From contig OX597821.1 of the NCBI GenBank assembly GCA_951406725.2, forward strand, positions 102,052,001 to 102,116,000: a stretch of DNA of 64,000 nucleotides, read 5' to 3'. Shown here piece by piece: positions 28,276 to 42,621 of the stretch (positions are counted from its first letter, which is position 1; every line of letters begins with the position of its first letter). Position numbers and translations under genes: made by a program. The DNA is from Octopus vulgaris. Its lineage: Eukaryota. The notes below the pieces were generated by a model that worked only from the letters and a program-made list of their open reading frames with translations, had not been told where the DNA came from and did not search any database.

Positions 28276-29471
28276 CATTTAGTTTGAGCAGTGAGGAATT
28301 AGATTGAAAGAAGTCATAAATTTAATGTATTAATTTGTTTGTACACATTGATTGGTTGAGATAGTTGACATTTCTCACTTGTAATTACCTTATTCTGATG
28401 TAACAAAGATGATGCTTAGCTCTTTAAAGCTTTGCACTTATTCTGACATTAAAAAAAAATGCTCAATCCTTGAAAACTTTGCAGGGATTTTATTGATGTT
28501 ACTTGTAGAAATGTGTGACTGAAAGAGACTCACAAAATTTGTCATCACCACCATCATTTAATATCCACTTTTCCATGCTGGCATAGGTTGGGTGGTTTGA
28601 CATGGAGTTGCCCACACTCCAATTGTTTGTTATGGCATGGTTTCTATAGCTGGATGCCCTTCCTAATGCCAACCACTTAAATTTGTTGGGTGTCTTTTAC
28701 ATGCCACCAGCACATAAACTGTAATACAAGATAAGTTTTTGTTTAAATATAAATTTAAGACTTTATGTACCTCAAGATCAGTCAATACAGAGTCTATATA
28801 TTTCCTCCTCAAACACAATGAGAATTAGCTGTAAATACAACTGCTTCTGCAAATCAACTTTGTTTCCTTATTTAAAATGTAACTGTTATTCTATATCTCT
28901 GTGAACATGCTATATTCTGCACATAATTTTCACCTTTCTCCTAGGTTCTTAGTTTGTCGACCATGTGTCCAGCTTGGTTTTAATAATTTTTCTATATATT
29001 TTGAGAATTTTTTTTAGAGAGATGCCTGTTAGGTACGGTAATTTAGTCAGTTGGTGGTCTTAATTTTGTGTGGTTATTTATCAGTATTATTTCCATGTTT
29101 CCAGTATTATTTCCATATTTCCATGGTAAAATATAACTTAGAGTTTATTTTTGTGTCTCTTATTAGAGTTTTTATGTGAATCCATTTATGCCAGTTTGAT
29201 TATTATGTCTTGCAATAAAGTAATAATTGATATTAAAGTCTACACACACATATCAGTTGGTGTTAAAAAAATTATTTGGTTTGTGATTTTTAGACTAACT
29301 GATTGTATAGTTGCTGTAATTTCATATTCTTCCATTATTTCATAATTTCATTTGTCAAATGAAGAATCCTTCACACAGTTCCATCTAATTTAACTTGAAT
29401 TATTCATAAAATCATTACCAAAGTAGCTAGTGCTAAAATCTATATGAGATGCAAGTAGTAACCCTACTGAA

Positions 29472-29620
29472 AAGTAATGGCTGTTACCACCTCAAAGTGG
29501 TTTTCCATAAAGAACAATATTACTATTTTTATCCCCTGGAGGACACCTCCTGGGGTTAAAAAGAGTAGAAACATTGTTCTTTACAGAACAACCACATTAA
29601 GGTGGTAACAGCCATTACTT
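29472..29620. repeat. Palindromic fold-back element (MITE-like)
   Basis: AAGTAATGGCTGTTACCACCT...AGGTGGTAACAGCCATTACTT, with pairing continuing inward to GGAGG-ACA-CCTCC. Confidence 0.8.
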
Positions 29621-30006
29621 ATAAAGTCATAGTTATTCATTAGTTGGAGTTATTTAATGAGAAATTTATATTTTTAAAAACTTTGTTGGAAATGTACTTT
29701 AATAAAGAGTGGTTATAGTATAATTACTTTTACTTTTGATTGAGAAATGGGTGCTACTATTTTGTAAATCTTTTATGGTATATCTGAATGAAAGTGCTTA
29801 TTAGGTCAAGCAAAAAATAATTTTTTCATGAGTAGAGCTCTGATTTTTCTTATCAGTGTATCATTATGTAATTTCAAGTTTATTGGAAAAGAAATATATA
29901 ATTTCAAGTCAGATTCTGATTGGAATTGTTTGTCTTCAATTCCTTCAGTAAAAATTTCACTTGGTAATATTTAATTTTTTCTTTTTATTTCATGTTGAAA
30001 CTAAAT

Positions 30007-30214
30007 TTAACTTTCTAATACCAACCTGGCCCAAACTGCCTGGCTCTGCAATATAATGTTCCTGTTTTAAAGTGATTTAAATTAAAATATTTCATGTTAA
30101 TTTGTTCCAGGCTTCAGCTTAATAATGACAGTTATTTTACTAAATTCTTCATTATTTTCTATATTAATTAAAACAAAGACTATTTCCACAAAAATTTGGT
30201 AACAAAAGGGTTAA
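30007..30214. mobile_element. TTAA-flanked (piggyBac-type) MITE
   Basis: TTAA-CTTTCTAATACCAA ... TTGGTAACAAAAGGG-TTAA. Confidence 0.55.
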
Positions 30215-30720
30215 ATTAAATACTTTATATTTAGTTTGCAACATTGTGATATTCTGAATCAGCACTTCAAAAAGTGGGTGGCACCATTCCCTGGAGGAAA
30301 GGCAGTGAAAAATTTTACAAAGTATCAAGTACAACGGGGACTGTAGAATAGTGGAGAGGAGGAGAATAGAGGCATCTGTAAAGTTTTTTATAGTCTTTGT
30401 CTCCAATTTGAATATTGAAAGAAAATTTTAAATGTAATATCATAAACTGCTTATTAATCACAACAATAATGATACCATCATTAATGATGATAGACAAATA
30501 ATTAGATAAACAAAATTGAATATATATATATATACCACTTCTACATGGAAATTATTAGTGATGAATTTAAAAGACATTGACAGAATTTACAGGTACTTCC
30601 ATACCTGCATTAAAGATGGTCACTGTATCTGTAAGATTAGGTAACATTCTGATTGTGTGTGCTCGAGTATGCATAGATACCTGCTTGAGTGTATTTTAAT
30701 CTTAATGTGCCTATGTGTGT

Positions 30721-30764
<44 letters not shown>

Positions 30765-33129
30765 ATATACACACGCACACACAGATAGGTCTCTGCTCTC
30801 ACATAAACAATCAACCATGTGACCCCAGAGCCTTGTGCTAAAGGTTGTATCAATAACTAAGGTCGAAGAACTGATGCCTTAAACCAAGAAGTATTTATAG
30901 TAAGGTGGTATTAAGTACTTAGCCATATCAAGATAGTACCTGGAACTCAACTACTGGTCTGATATAGTATGGTCATTAAAAAGGAGGATGGAGGACATTT
31001 AATTGTTGCAAGGGGACATTGAAAATGTGCTGGTAAAAGAAAAGGAGAAACAGTTAGATGTTTCAGCAGCACTGATACAGAAAATACAATTATAAATCTG
31101 AATGAACTGGTAGTTATGCATGGTATATAGGAAGCATAAAGAATAAGAGCCTGGGTTTGGCAAAAGTTACATGCTAAAGATTTGGTCAGTAGCTAAGATT
31201 AAATGGTGATGCATCAAACATTTGTTTATAGATGAGAGGTGCTATGATAAGCAGTCACTTACATCAAGATACTACCTGGAAACATTTCTCTTGTATAAGG
31301 GGCAGTAGTTGAAAAGCTTGAGAAGTAGTTCTAAATGTATCTATATCTTACAATTTGATTGGAGTTTTGTTACTAAGATGGAAGATATAAAAATGAAGAA
31401 AAAATGCATATATTACTGGGGGAAAAGGAGGCAGTTTAAGAAAGCTGAGATCCTCTATGCTCCAAGTGAGATGTCAGGGTTCATTTTCTTGGCCACAGTT
31501 GATATAAGATGCTGTTTCTCATAATCTTTTTGTAAGGGTTGGAGCAAGAGGGATAATTGGCTCATTGGGTAAAAGGGAGAAATACATGACTTGGTTCAAT
31601 AAATATAATGTTCACTATTTTTTCGTTATTTAAAACAAGATGTTATCCTCAAGAGAAATATTTCATATTTGGAGAAATAAAAGTAGTTTTCTAGGGAGAA
31701 TAACTAACCAGTGCAGCCAGGTAGGTATTTTAGAAAAAATACAACAAACAAAATTTTGTGAATGACATGTGCCTAAAAGCACTGATAATATTGTTTTGTA
31801 GTAATTATATTTGGAAAGTATAGGACTGAAATACAAAAAGAATTGAAAACAATTTAAAAAATAAAATTTCTGTAATTAATTTTGGATAAGATTAGCACTG
31901 ATTTCTAATCAGTTAGGTATTACTATAGATTTTTAAAATTCAATAATTAAAATTATCCTCACTTGAAGTTTAAAAACATGTACAGTTAAATCTATCTTAA
32001 TGCACCTAAACTTATATTATCTTTTTTTTTAACTTGAGAAATGTAGGTGAATGAAAACTAAATTTTGAAGTATCTGCAAATATGTTTGTGTATGTATCAT
32101 CATTATTTTAACATCTATTTATCAATGCATTGCATGGGTCCTATGAGAATATGTCAAGATAGTTTTTTTTATGGGTGGATGCCCTTTATGTTACCAACCT
32201 CCACTTGTTTCCAAGTGAGATAATCTGTTTTTTGAATAACAAATAACCTGGACATGTTTACAGGGAGATCATACAATATGTCGAAAAGTCTGGACACGCT
32301 TTGGCAGTGGACTGCAAGTAAACAAGTGTAGTCAGTGGTGCCATTCTTTACAACTTTGTGTAAAGACACGAGAAATATGAACTCATGCACACACATATGC
32401 GTATCTATGTACATACATGTTGGGCTTTGAGTTTCCATCTGCCAAATCCATTCTGACCTGTGGTTACAGTTGAAGTTACATGCCAAAGATGCCATGCAGT
32501 AGGACTGAACTCGAAACCGCATGGTTAGGAAACAAACTTCACTACACAGCCATGCCCCTACCTGTGTGTGTAAAAAGAGTAAGTTTGAATTTATTTATAT
32601 AACCTTCATCCATTGTAAAACTGGGTTATATTTCAAATCTGCTTTTTTTTTTTCTTAAGTGTTACATATATTTTATTAACACGTTTAATGTTTTAATAAT
32701 TGTCACCTTGCCTATGACCTTCATTATATTTAAAAAAAAATGTTCTCTGTGTTTAAAATATAAAAAATAATTTCTCTTCGGGTCAGTAGTTTTGTATGTG
32801 TGTGTTTACTTTCATATAGAATAGCTTATGGTTGTAAGGTTATTACTGAATAATTTGATTTTGAAGGGAATTTTCCCCTTCTGTTTATAAATTTTAACTG
32901 AAATTTTGTAAGGTAATCAGGTTTAAAATTTCATAAAATATTTAGCATTTCATTACTTTCCTACACAAAAGCTTTGTAAATTTTATATTATAGCGACTAT
33001 TTCATTGTATTTCTGATGCAAGATAAGGGAACATCTAGCTCAGTTGGAAAATAATACATTATGGGACCCTTTTCATAAATCATTATTTAAGTTTTCTTAC
33101 TGATATATATGCTTTGCCAATATGTATTG

Positions 33130-33745
33130 GTGAAAAGACCGAGACCTCTGCAGATATACTGTGATTGAGAAGACCTGGCAAGTAAAGTGAGATCACAGCC
33201 GTAGCCTGCACCAGTGTCAACATAATCAGCCCATTTGGAAAGTACCTTTGAATTGTCAGACAACATTCCGTGTTTGAGGAGACCTATTGAGTCAAGTAAA
33301 ATCAAATCATAATCAAATGGAAATTGTAGTTGTAGGCAATTACAGTGCCACCTGACTGACTCCCATGCTGGTGGCATGCAATAAGCACCATGCATATGTG
33401 GGTCGTTGCTAGTGTCACCTGACTGGCTCCTCGTATCAGTGGCACATAAAAAGCACCATCTGAATATGGTAGATGCCAGCCTCCCCACCTCGACTGGCTC
33501 CTGTGCCAGTAGTATGTAAAAAACACCTCCAAAAGTGGCTGATGCCAGTGCCACCTGACTTGCTCTCATGCCAGTGGCATGTAAAAAGCATCCACTACAC
33601 TTTCGGAGTGGTTGGTGTTAGGAAGGGCATCTAGCTGTAGAAATACAGCCAGATCAAATTGGAGCCTGGTGCAACCTCCTAGCTTGCCAGTCCCCAGTCA
33701 AACCATCCAACCTATGCCAGCATGGAAAACAGACGTTAAACAATG
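33130..33745 (+). mobile_element. RTE 3'-end fragment with tandem GTGCC.GTGGCAC subrepeats
   Basis: Colinear with 43990-44550 and CpG-decayed. Confidence 0.8.
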
Positions 33746-35819
33746 TTGGTTAAAGATATATGCATACATATGTGTGTGTGAATTATATAGGCATTAGCAA
33801 GGGCAACCAGCGAAGAAACTGTGCCAAAGCAGATGCTGCAGTGTGATGCAGTCCTTGGACCTATCAGATTATAAAAATGTTTAGCCCATGCTGACATGAA
33901 ACATGGATGCTAGTTGATGATGATGATTATGTATGTATATACACATACAATTCAGACATGGTTGTATGGTTAAGAAGTTCACTTTGCAATCATGTGGTTT
34001 GAAGTTCAATCCCACTGCACAGCTCCTTGGGCAAGTGTTGCTACTCTAGCCCCTGGTGGACTAAAACCCTGTGAGTGGATTTGGTCAATGGAAGCTAAAA
34101 GGATCTTGTATGTATTTATATGTGTGTGGGCATGAGTATATCTCCTTGTTTGGACAGTGTATGCTCACTAAACAAATGCCATCATCATACAAGTGGTAGT
34201 GTTTGTTTGCAGCCTTCCTTGAAAATCTATCTAGTTATTGAGCTGTTCATGTTTGAAGGATTAGAGGAATGGATAAGAGTTGGTGATAGGAAGAATATCT
34301 AGCTGTTGAAACTCTGCTTCAGTGAATTGCATCTAACTCATGCAAGTATGGAAAAGTGGACATTAGAATTATGATATATACACACAGGCACATACACATT
34401 TAAAAAAAAATTCTTTAGAGGACTCATTTTAGCTTTGTAGTGGTTGGTGACACTGTTTGGGTATGACACATTTACTATTAGGTTATTTGTATGAGTGATT
34501 AATGTATGTTCCAAATTGCTGACCATTTTCACTCCTAGTACCTATCCCTGATGATGCTTTAATTGCTATTACTACAATAGCTGGTCTCTCTGAGGCTAGC
34601 TATTGAATCCCTTTCTCTCATATGCAACTTCTCAACATTTCCAAGATTTTTTTGCATCAGTGAGGACAAGTGTGCCAGATTCATTCTTTATACACTGCTC
34701 TTGGATCTAACTTTCAACATGTTTCCATGCTCAACATACTTTATATTCAGCTTCTTCATTTGATGTGGTTCTTTTTTCTCTCCCCACTTATTAGGACTGT
34801 CTTTTTGTGTTTAGGATTAATCTACTCAACCATTCCATCACCATATCACTCGTCTGCATGATGCTTGTTCTATCCATTATCTGATCCGATGATTACAATT
34901 GGTTGTTTTGTAAAAACTTCCAATTATCTTGTATGTTCTAAGTCTTGCATATCAACCAGAACTTCTTTGGAGCAATATCTGGTTGAGGAATCTTTCAGCT
35001 TCCATATCTTGTCTACATCTGATCCTGAGTTTGTTGATCACTAGTTAATGTTGAGTTGTCTGTTTTTTGCAAGGGAAGTTTATAGTGTTCACTACTAGTT
35101 GCATATTCTGTTTCCTGGTTACTAAATTTTATCTTGTGTGTTTGCCTAATTGGTAGGTAGGTGATCAGATGACTGACTTCTCTTTCCTGGTTAGGTCATT
35201 TACATTACAGAACTTATATATGATACATACTTGGAAAGATTAGAAGAAAGGATGTAATAGAGAGCGTTGACCAAGTAGCTAGAACAGAAGCTGGATACAA
35301 GGTATACTTAGAAGAGAAACAGAAAGTAAGGAATTAATTGTGAAGAGTGTAGGATTGAAAAATAGTGTCCTCGGGACATTGTAGGGAGAAATGTTTTTAA
35401 AATGATCGTAGCACATTTTTTCTCACTGATACTGAAAATAAAGAGGCCTAAAGGGGCCTAGAAGTTGGTGAATTTGTCACTCTTATATCACTTGTGATAA
35501 ACCCACTTGCAGCATTTTCAAAACTAAACCAGATCTGTTTTTAGCACTAGAATATCAGCAGTGGACTGTTTAGCAATATTGTCAAAGGCCTTATATATAT
35601 AAACATATGCTAGGTATAGGAGCATACTATAAGCTAAGTGCTTCAATCCTGAACTCCTTGTGTAGGGAACTCTTTACTTTCTTTTTCTCTTTTAGCTAAG
35701 TATGTCTTGTATCTAGCTGTTTGGTAATGCTCTCTGCTATATTCTTTTGTCAAGTCTTTCTAAGTGTGTATCATACTTCTAATATAAGATACTGATAAAT
35801 GAGGTAAAATTCACTGAGA

Positions 35820-36240
35820 GAGGGGCGTATTCTTAGTGGACCCAACAGAAGGATCAACTATCAGGTTGATTGCTGAATGGTAGATAGAATGATTAAGAAT
35901 ATGAGGTAGAGAAGGTAGCTGGACTTCCAGGTTTAGTTGCAGAAATGCTGAAAATATTGGGCAGGGTTAGTTCATGTACTCATCACATGCATAGTTAATC
36001 ATCTTATAGTCACTAAGGTAACAGTGTCCTCATTAACTGTTACAAGAGTAAAAATGAATTAGGGAGAGGAAATTATGAAGGCATTAAGTTGATTGATCAG
36101 GTTATGAAAGTTTCTTTTAGTCATAGCACAACTGATTAGGAACAGAATTAGTTTAGAATAAATGCAGTTCAACTTTGTTCAGGAAAAGGTATTATTGGTA
36201 CTGTCAGCAGGAGACAACTGTAGGTAAAGTACTTAACTTG
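35820..36240 (+). mobile_element. Decayed RTE RT-domain fragment
   Basis: AATTATGAAGGCATTAAGTTGATTGATCAGGTTATGAAAG and CATAGCACAACTGATTAGG parallel the start of the 42.6-kb copy. Confidence 0.6.
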
Positions 36241-36897
36241 TAGTATGCTCCAATACCCAGCATATGTTTACTTATGGAAGGCCTTTTGACAATCATCATC
36301 ATCTAACATCCAATTTCCATACTGGCGTGGGTTGGCTGGCAAGCCAGAGGGCTGTATTAGGCTCCAGCTGTTTGTTTTGCTATGATTTCTACAGCTGGAT
36401 GTACTTCCTAATGCCAGGGTTGTCACAAGTTGTAGAGGAGTTGTAAGTTGCACCAACTTTGAGGTTTTAAGTATTTTGTTGTTTATGAAAGGGGAAGATG
36501 TACTTTCAGTGTTTGCATATGTATAGCAATTTGCTTGTTTTGAAATCGGTCAACTATTTGGCAATGGAACAATTTTTGACAATCATCATTTAATGTCCGT
36601 TGTCCATGCTGGCATGGGTTGGATGGCTGGAAGGCTGTGCCAGGCTCCACTCTGATTTGGCACAGTTTTCTACAGCTGGATGCCTTTCTTAATGCCAACC
36701 ACTCCGAGAGTGTAATGGATGTTTCTACGTGCCACTGGCACGGGTGCAATTTGCATGACACCGATATCTGCGATTTTGCTTGGCTTGATGGGTCTTCTTC
36801 TCAAACACGATATAATGCCAAACGTCTTGGTCATTGTCTCCATAAGGCCCAAAACTCCAAAGGAGCTTGGCCACTTTGTCCCATGGGGCCAGATATT

Positions 36898-37224
36898 CTA
36901 TAGAAATTATAGCCAGCACTGATTTTTATTATGTTTTGTATATGAAACGTCAGATATAAACAGTGAGATTGAAGTTGAAAAATGAGTTATGGGTGTACAT
37001 ACTATATTTCAGGGGTTTCCGCCCCTTCTTCAGCACCCATCTATCCCATTAATCATCCTCAAACACATTGCTTAAATAGCCTCAATATATAGCCTTGTAA
37101 AGTTATTGAATAAGTGCACGTGTGGCAAGAAGCTTGCTTACTAGCCACATGATTCTGGGTTCAGTCTCACTGTGTGGAACCGTGGACAAGTGGATTTGGT
37201 AGATTGAAACTGGAAGAAGCCTGT

Positions 37225-37262
<38 letters not shown>

Positions 37263-37281
37263 TATACACACATATAGATAC

Positions 37282-37321
<40 letters not shown>

Positions 37322-37890
37322 GAAATATATATATGTGTGTGTGTGTGTGTTTATCCCCCCCTGCCATCGCTTGACAACCGATGCTGTTGTGTTTATGTCC
37401 CCGTAACTTAGCTCAGCAAAAAACAGTGATAGAATAAGTATTAGGCTTACAAAGAATGTCCTGGGGTCAATTTCTTTGACTAACACTCTTTAAGGCAGTA
37501 CTTCAGCATGGCCAATAGAATAAAAAGATACCAATTTACATATTAAACGCATTCCTAGGAGCTGGTATGTTTGATATACTTTATAGTATATTATGGTTGC
37601 ATTATGATTACAGATCATGAGTATTTACATACCAGCTTCCAGGAATACATTTGATATGTAAGTTGGTATAGCCAATAAATTTACACTACTGTATACAGTG
37701 GCTATTTAAGCAATGTGTTTGAGGATGATTAATGGGTTAGATGGGTGCTGATGAAGGGCTGAAAACCCCCCGAAATATGACATATAAATGCATTAGCATT
37801 TTTCATCTTCGATCTCATTGCTTGTTTACATCTGATGTCTCGTATATGAAATGTAGTAGCAAAAATCAGTGCTAGCAATAATTTCTATAG
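36898..37890. mobile_element. Composite inverted-repeat element (about 185-bp arms) with nested SINE and inner hairpin
   Basis: 36898-37081 is the diverged reverse complement of 37700-37890. A SINE lies at about 37110-37525 and a second inverted pair at 37529-37669. Confidence 0.7.
36991..37038 (-). ncRNA. Candidate type-I hammerhead ribozyme
   Basis: Minus strand: GGGUG-CUGAAGA-AGGGG(cggaaa)CCCCU-GAAA-UAU(agu)AUG-UA-CACCC. All three stems and the core are present. Confidence 0.55.
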
Positions 37891-38891
37891 CATTTCTGTA
37901 GAAATAACCGTAACAAATAAAGTGCACTGCTAATGCAGTAGAATGTGTTATTATAAAAACATTTAATATACTTTATAGTATATCATAGTTCATAACGAAA
38001 TACAATGTAACTACAAATCATTAATGTAAATAATAATTTGAGACAGAATGTAATTGTACTTCGATTAATTAGGGAAAAAAGAATTGGTTTTTGAAACTTG
38101 AAAATTAGAATCATCATCATCATTGTTTAACATCTGCTTTCCATGTTAGCATGGGTTGGATGGTTTGACTGAAGACTGGCTAACTGGGAGGCTGCACCAG
38201 GCTCCAATCTGATTTAGCAAGGTTTCTACTGCTGGATGCCCTTCCTAATGCCAACCATTCTGAGAGTGTAGTGTGTGCTTTTATGTGCCACCAGCACGAG
38301 AGCCAATAAGTATACGATATGGTCAAGAGATGTGTGATTTTAGGAAAACTTGGTTAAAAGTTTCAATATAGAAAAATAAAGAGTTCTTTAAATCTATGCA
38401 TTAAAGGAAATATACATGTTGAAGCCTCAGAATGGTGTTCAGTATTATTGTCTAGATAATTTATTCAGATAAAGTCTTTATCAGAGAAATGAACTTGCAG
38501 ACTATTATCACAGCAAAATAGGAGACAAAATTTTTATTATTTCTAGCAATTAGTAACATACTTTTGTTATTTTATGCCAAGTAATTTCAAATTAAAACAG
38601 TGATGAAAAGATTTTTTCTTTGTGTGTGTGTGTGTGTGTGTGTACACATACTAGAAAAAAAAATTCCCATATAAGGTTACTAACATTTTCATAAAAGATT
38701 TCATAACATTTTTTAATAAAATAATTTTTTTTAAAGATCACCTTTACACTTCAAAAACTATTAAGTAATTCTCATATTTCAAATATATATATATATATAT
38801 ATTTATTTATGTATTTGTCTCTCTAATTGTCTTTGCTTTTCATAACAACATTAAATCATCACAAATAAGATCTTGCTTTGTAAATGATATA

Positions 38892-39087
38892 CAATAATCC
38901 CTCGCCATATCACAGTTCACCTATTGCAGTTTATTATTTAAGCTTACTTTGATTCCTCTGTGGTGTAGTTTTGCATTTATAATAAAATAAATGTATACAA
39001 ATTATAAAAATAATAAAAAAATATACAGTACTGTTTCTATTTGGTGGATTTTCACCTATCATGGGGGGTGGTTTTGAGGGATTACTA
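38892..39087. mobile_element. TA-flanked Tc1/pogo-type MITE
   Basis: TA-CAATAATCCCTC ... GAGGGATTACTA-TA. Confidence 0.6.
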
Positions 39088-39659
39088 TAATTATTGATGA
39101 TCAAAGGCACAAAATGTTCCAGATTACAAAGCTGTGTGCTAGTGCAGATGTCATGGGAAAAGTTTGTATGGAATGATAGTTGCACACTTGCCCTCACAGG
39201 TAGCTAAATGAAAGGGCCTGAAAATGTTATTATGAGAGGGTACTCTGAGGGGAATGCATGGAAGAGACTACCTCAAAGCAAACTGAATAGACATCAGCTA
39301 TTGAAGTTGAGAACTATATGTTTGGTGGCATGATTAAAGATTTAAGGCAGGGAAAGTAGCTGAAGATACATAGTAAAATACAACACATGCTAGCAACATG
39401 CATAATTAATAATGTAGTATAACCAACAACTACAAAACAAAAGAATGAAGCCACCATAAAAGCATCAGATTGATGGACCAAGTTGTGAAAGTAAGAAAAA
39501 TGGTTATTGTATAACTGATGAGGAATTAGCAAAGATGGGATGCAATTTAGGTTTGTACTGAGATGGATACTACTGGTATTCTTTCTCAATTTCTCTAAGA
39601 AGACTGCTCCATTGTCATTTGTGTTGTGGCCATACTTAGAATGCAGAAAAGAAGTAGGC

Positions 39660-40330
39660 ATGCACTTCGTAACATAAACTATGGGTGCTTCAGCTGTGAA
39701 GTGGAATTACAAGCAGGCTGACAGAGAAGAAAGCTGTGTAGTTGCACGGGAATAGTTATCTGTGGGAGCATCTGTGAAATATATTCTTTGAAATGCTTGG
39801 AAGTTTCAGGAGGAATAATTTATAGCTTCTGTTACCCATGTGATCTAATTAGCAGTATTCCAAAATCATGGTAGCCAGAGTAAGAATGGAGTGGAAAAGG
39901 TTGAGAATTTATTGCATCTGCTAGTAACAAAGGAATTATCTCTCCGGGTGAAAGGCATATTGTATGATGCTTGTGTGATGTTGAATAGTAGCAAAACATG
40001 GACATTGAATGTGGAGGATGTATGAAGGCTGGAAAGAAATGATAAGAGCATACTCTACTGGACAATAGTATGTACAAATAAGTTGATAGAAAAGCTAAAT
40101 ATAAGAGGAATAAGATGCATTGTGCAAGAGAGAAGGCTGTGCTGTTATGCACATGAGGTATAAAGAAATGCCAAGTGATCCAAATGGAAAGAAGCTGCAG
40201 AAGAGAAGAAATGGTGATTGCTGATCTCAAGAGGCTGGACTTCATGAAGGAAATGACAAAGGACAGCAACAAGTGACATAACACTACTGGAGAAAACCAT
40301 TTGTCCCCTGCAAGCATGGAAAAATGGGTG
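39660..40330 (+). mobile_element. Decayed RTE LINE 3' fragment
   Basis: TTGTATGATGCTTGTGTG...AAACATGG...GCTGGAAAGAAATGA parallels 43590-43680. This explains the antisense 212-aa ORF. Confidence 0.65.
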
Positions 40331-42621
40331 TGATAATTGTAATTGTTTTTATAAGGGTGGTTGATTGGCAGAACTGTACTGAGTTCAAATCTCCATTGTG
40401 GTTGAAGTATTTTTTGACCATAAAAAGAAAATCCAACTTTTACAGTGTAATTTTGCTGAAGAGTAGCCACTATGAGGAGTTTGGATTACTAGTTCTTGCA
40501 TTATGTGTAGAGATAAAGGGGTTGGGATCTTTTGTGTATTGCCTGTTATTTGGTGGTATTGAATAAACTATTTTCCACAATGTCTTTATTGCAACATATT
40601 TAGAAAGGGTTATTAATAGATGTTTATGTCCAATGATAGCTTTTGATGATTTGAAGGACTTTAGGGAGCATGTCAACATAAGAGTGTGTGGTTGTTGATT
40701 CAAGAGAACTCATTATGATGGCATGAGCTGTCTAATGGGCTTTTTGGAACCTATACTGTTGGTTATCAATCATGATCATTTTTGTGAGAGCAAAAGTAAA
40801 TAGGGTTCAAAGAGCCATTCTCTTTGAAAATGAGGGTATGTGTGTATATTGTATAGAGAAGAGTATGAAAGAGCTTAGCAAGGATTGGCACTATTTTACG
40901 ATGATGTTTGATGTATTCTGTATTAACTTGTGCTTAGTGTTGAACAAGGAACAATGAGACCTTTGTCTCCTTTGACATTTATAAACGTCTTGAAAAGAGC
41001 AGTTTGGCAATAGGATGCCCCATAAGATTTATAAGCATGAACATTAGAAACAAGTGTCTGAGTTAGCTTAGGAAATGATGGGGAAGCAGATGAAGCAAAG
41101 CTGGATGGAGGAACGGAGAAAATCTCCTTGATACAGCATGATATTTTGTACATTTTGCACTCTTGATAGTCCTTTCACTAGCTGGTAAGTGAAACTACTT
41201 TAATTATGTAATATTTATAAAAACTCAGTAATTCACTAACAGTAAACACTCCAGTACTTTAATCAATTGGTTTATGTGGCTTTCACTGTTAACATAAACA
41301 GATGTTTGACAATCTGCTTTAAGATAAATTTGGCGAAACTCCATTGACTTCATCATAACATATTTAGCAACAAATCAGTTTAGAGTTTTCATTTATTTAA
41401 AAATCTTAGTATTCATTTTGAGTATTAAAAATATTTTTTCGTTAAGGGAGAGTAGTATTAAAATATTGAAATTGTCAGCACTGACTTATTTGAAAATTAG
41501 TTGACAACCAATCAGGCTATAAATTTTTATCTTATCAACAAGGTTGAAGCCTCAGGACAGTCCCATTCGTATGAGAAGTCCTTAGACAAATTTCAAATTT
41601 TTTATTGGAAATTTTTGCTGCTACCCAGATTTAAATTTTTGAAAATTAAGTGTATTACCACTTAAATTTATTTCATGTGTAATAATTATTGGCACTTCTA
41701 TACAAAATAGTCCTTATTGATTTACTTGTATTGAATACTTTTGTTCTTTCAATATTTTCATTTCTCCTGTTTATAAATCATTGAAGAGAGTGGCATTCAA
41801 GTAAGACTGATATTGTGGTACTAGACATATCCCTGAGTTCCTCTTGGCTAAATACAGCTGGATGTGTTGCCAACTGTTCCATGTCTTTGCACTTGTTTGA
41901 GCCTTCTGTACTGCAGCCAATTTAAAATGTTACATGCACATGTTCCTTGGTTATTTGCACTTTGTCTCTTTTTATGTATTTTTTCTTAAGGCTATTTTAA
42001 TCTAATATTGCTGTTGTATATAAAAGTAATTTTTATTTGGCCAGGCAGCTAATTGTCACACCAGTGATTTTTCACTCATTGTTTTCCTATATCAGTGACA
42101 ACAGATTTTGTCTTAGCATGTGGTACATTTTGTCTTGACAGTGAGTACATGCTGCTGGATAATTTTCATCTATTGATATATATGTTTTTAAATGCAGTAT
42201 GTCCATAAGCGATATCATCTCTGGATGAATACCATAGTTAATTTGCCTTTTTGTGATATAGTTGGTTTAAGTATGATATACAGATGTTTATTTTATTAGT
42301 CTAATACTGTTTCTGTTGTATATAATGAAACAATTTTGGGAATTCAAACCCATCCTGAGCACTTTCATTGTTTCATTTATAAGTAAATATAGAATTCATT
42401 CTAACAAATTAAAATAGGCTGCTCTGCTTTATTGTTTTACATAATACATCATATCACCCAGTTATAAAGGTGCTTTCTACACATTACTATTCCTTTAGCT
42501 GTGTTCAAGCTGTGACCAGTGTATTGTGGTTTGGTAAATGTTTTTATTTTGCTGCTGTAATTATAAATACCAGTATTTTCTAAAGGATTTTTTCCAGCTT
42601 ATTGCTTTCTTAGAAATATTA

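Noticed and set aside
30558-30652. TGATGA...CTGA as an intronic C/D snoRNA
   Set aside because: No convincing terminal stem and no rRNA-complementary guide that I can recognise.
39832-40470. Longest ORF in the track (212 aa, minus strand)
   Set aside because: It is antisense to a decayed RTE fragment and has no protein-like motifs or splice signals.
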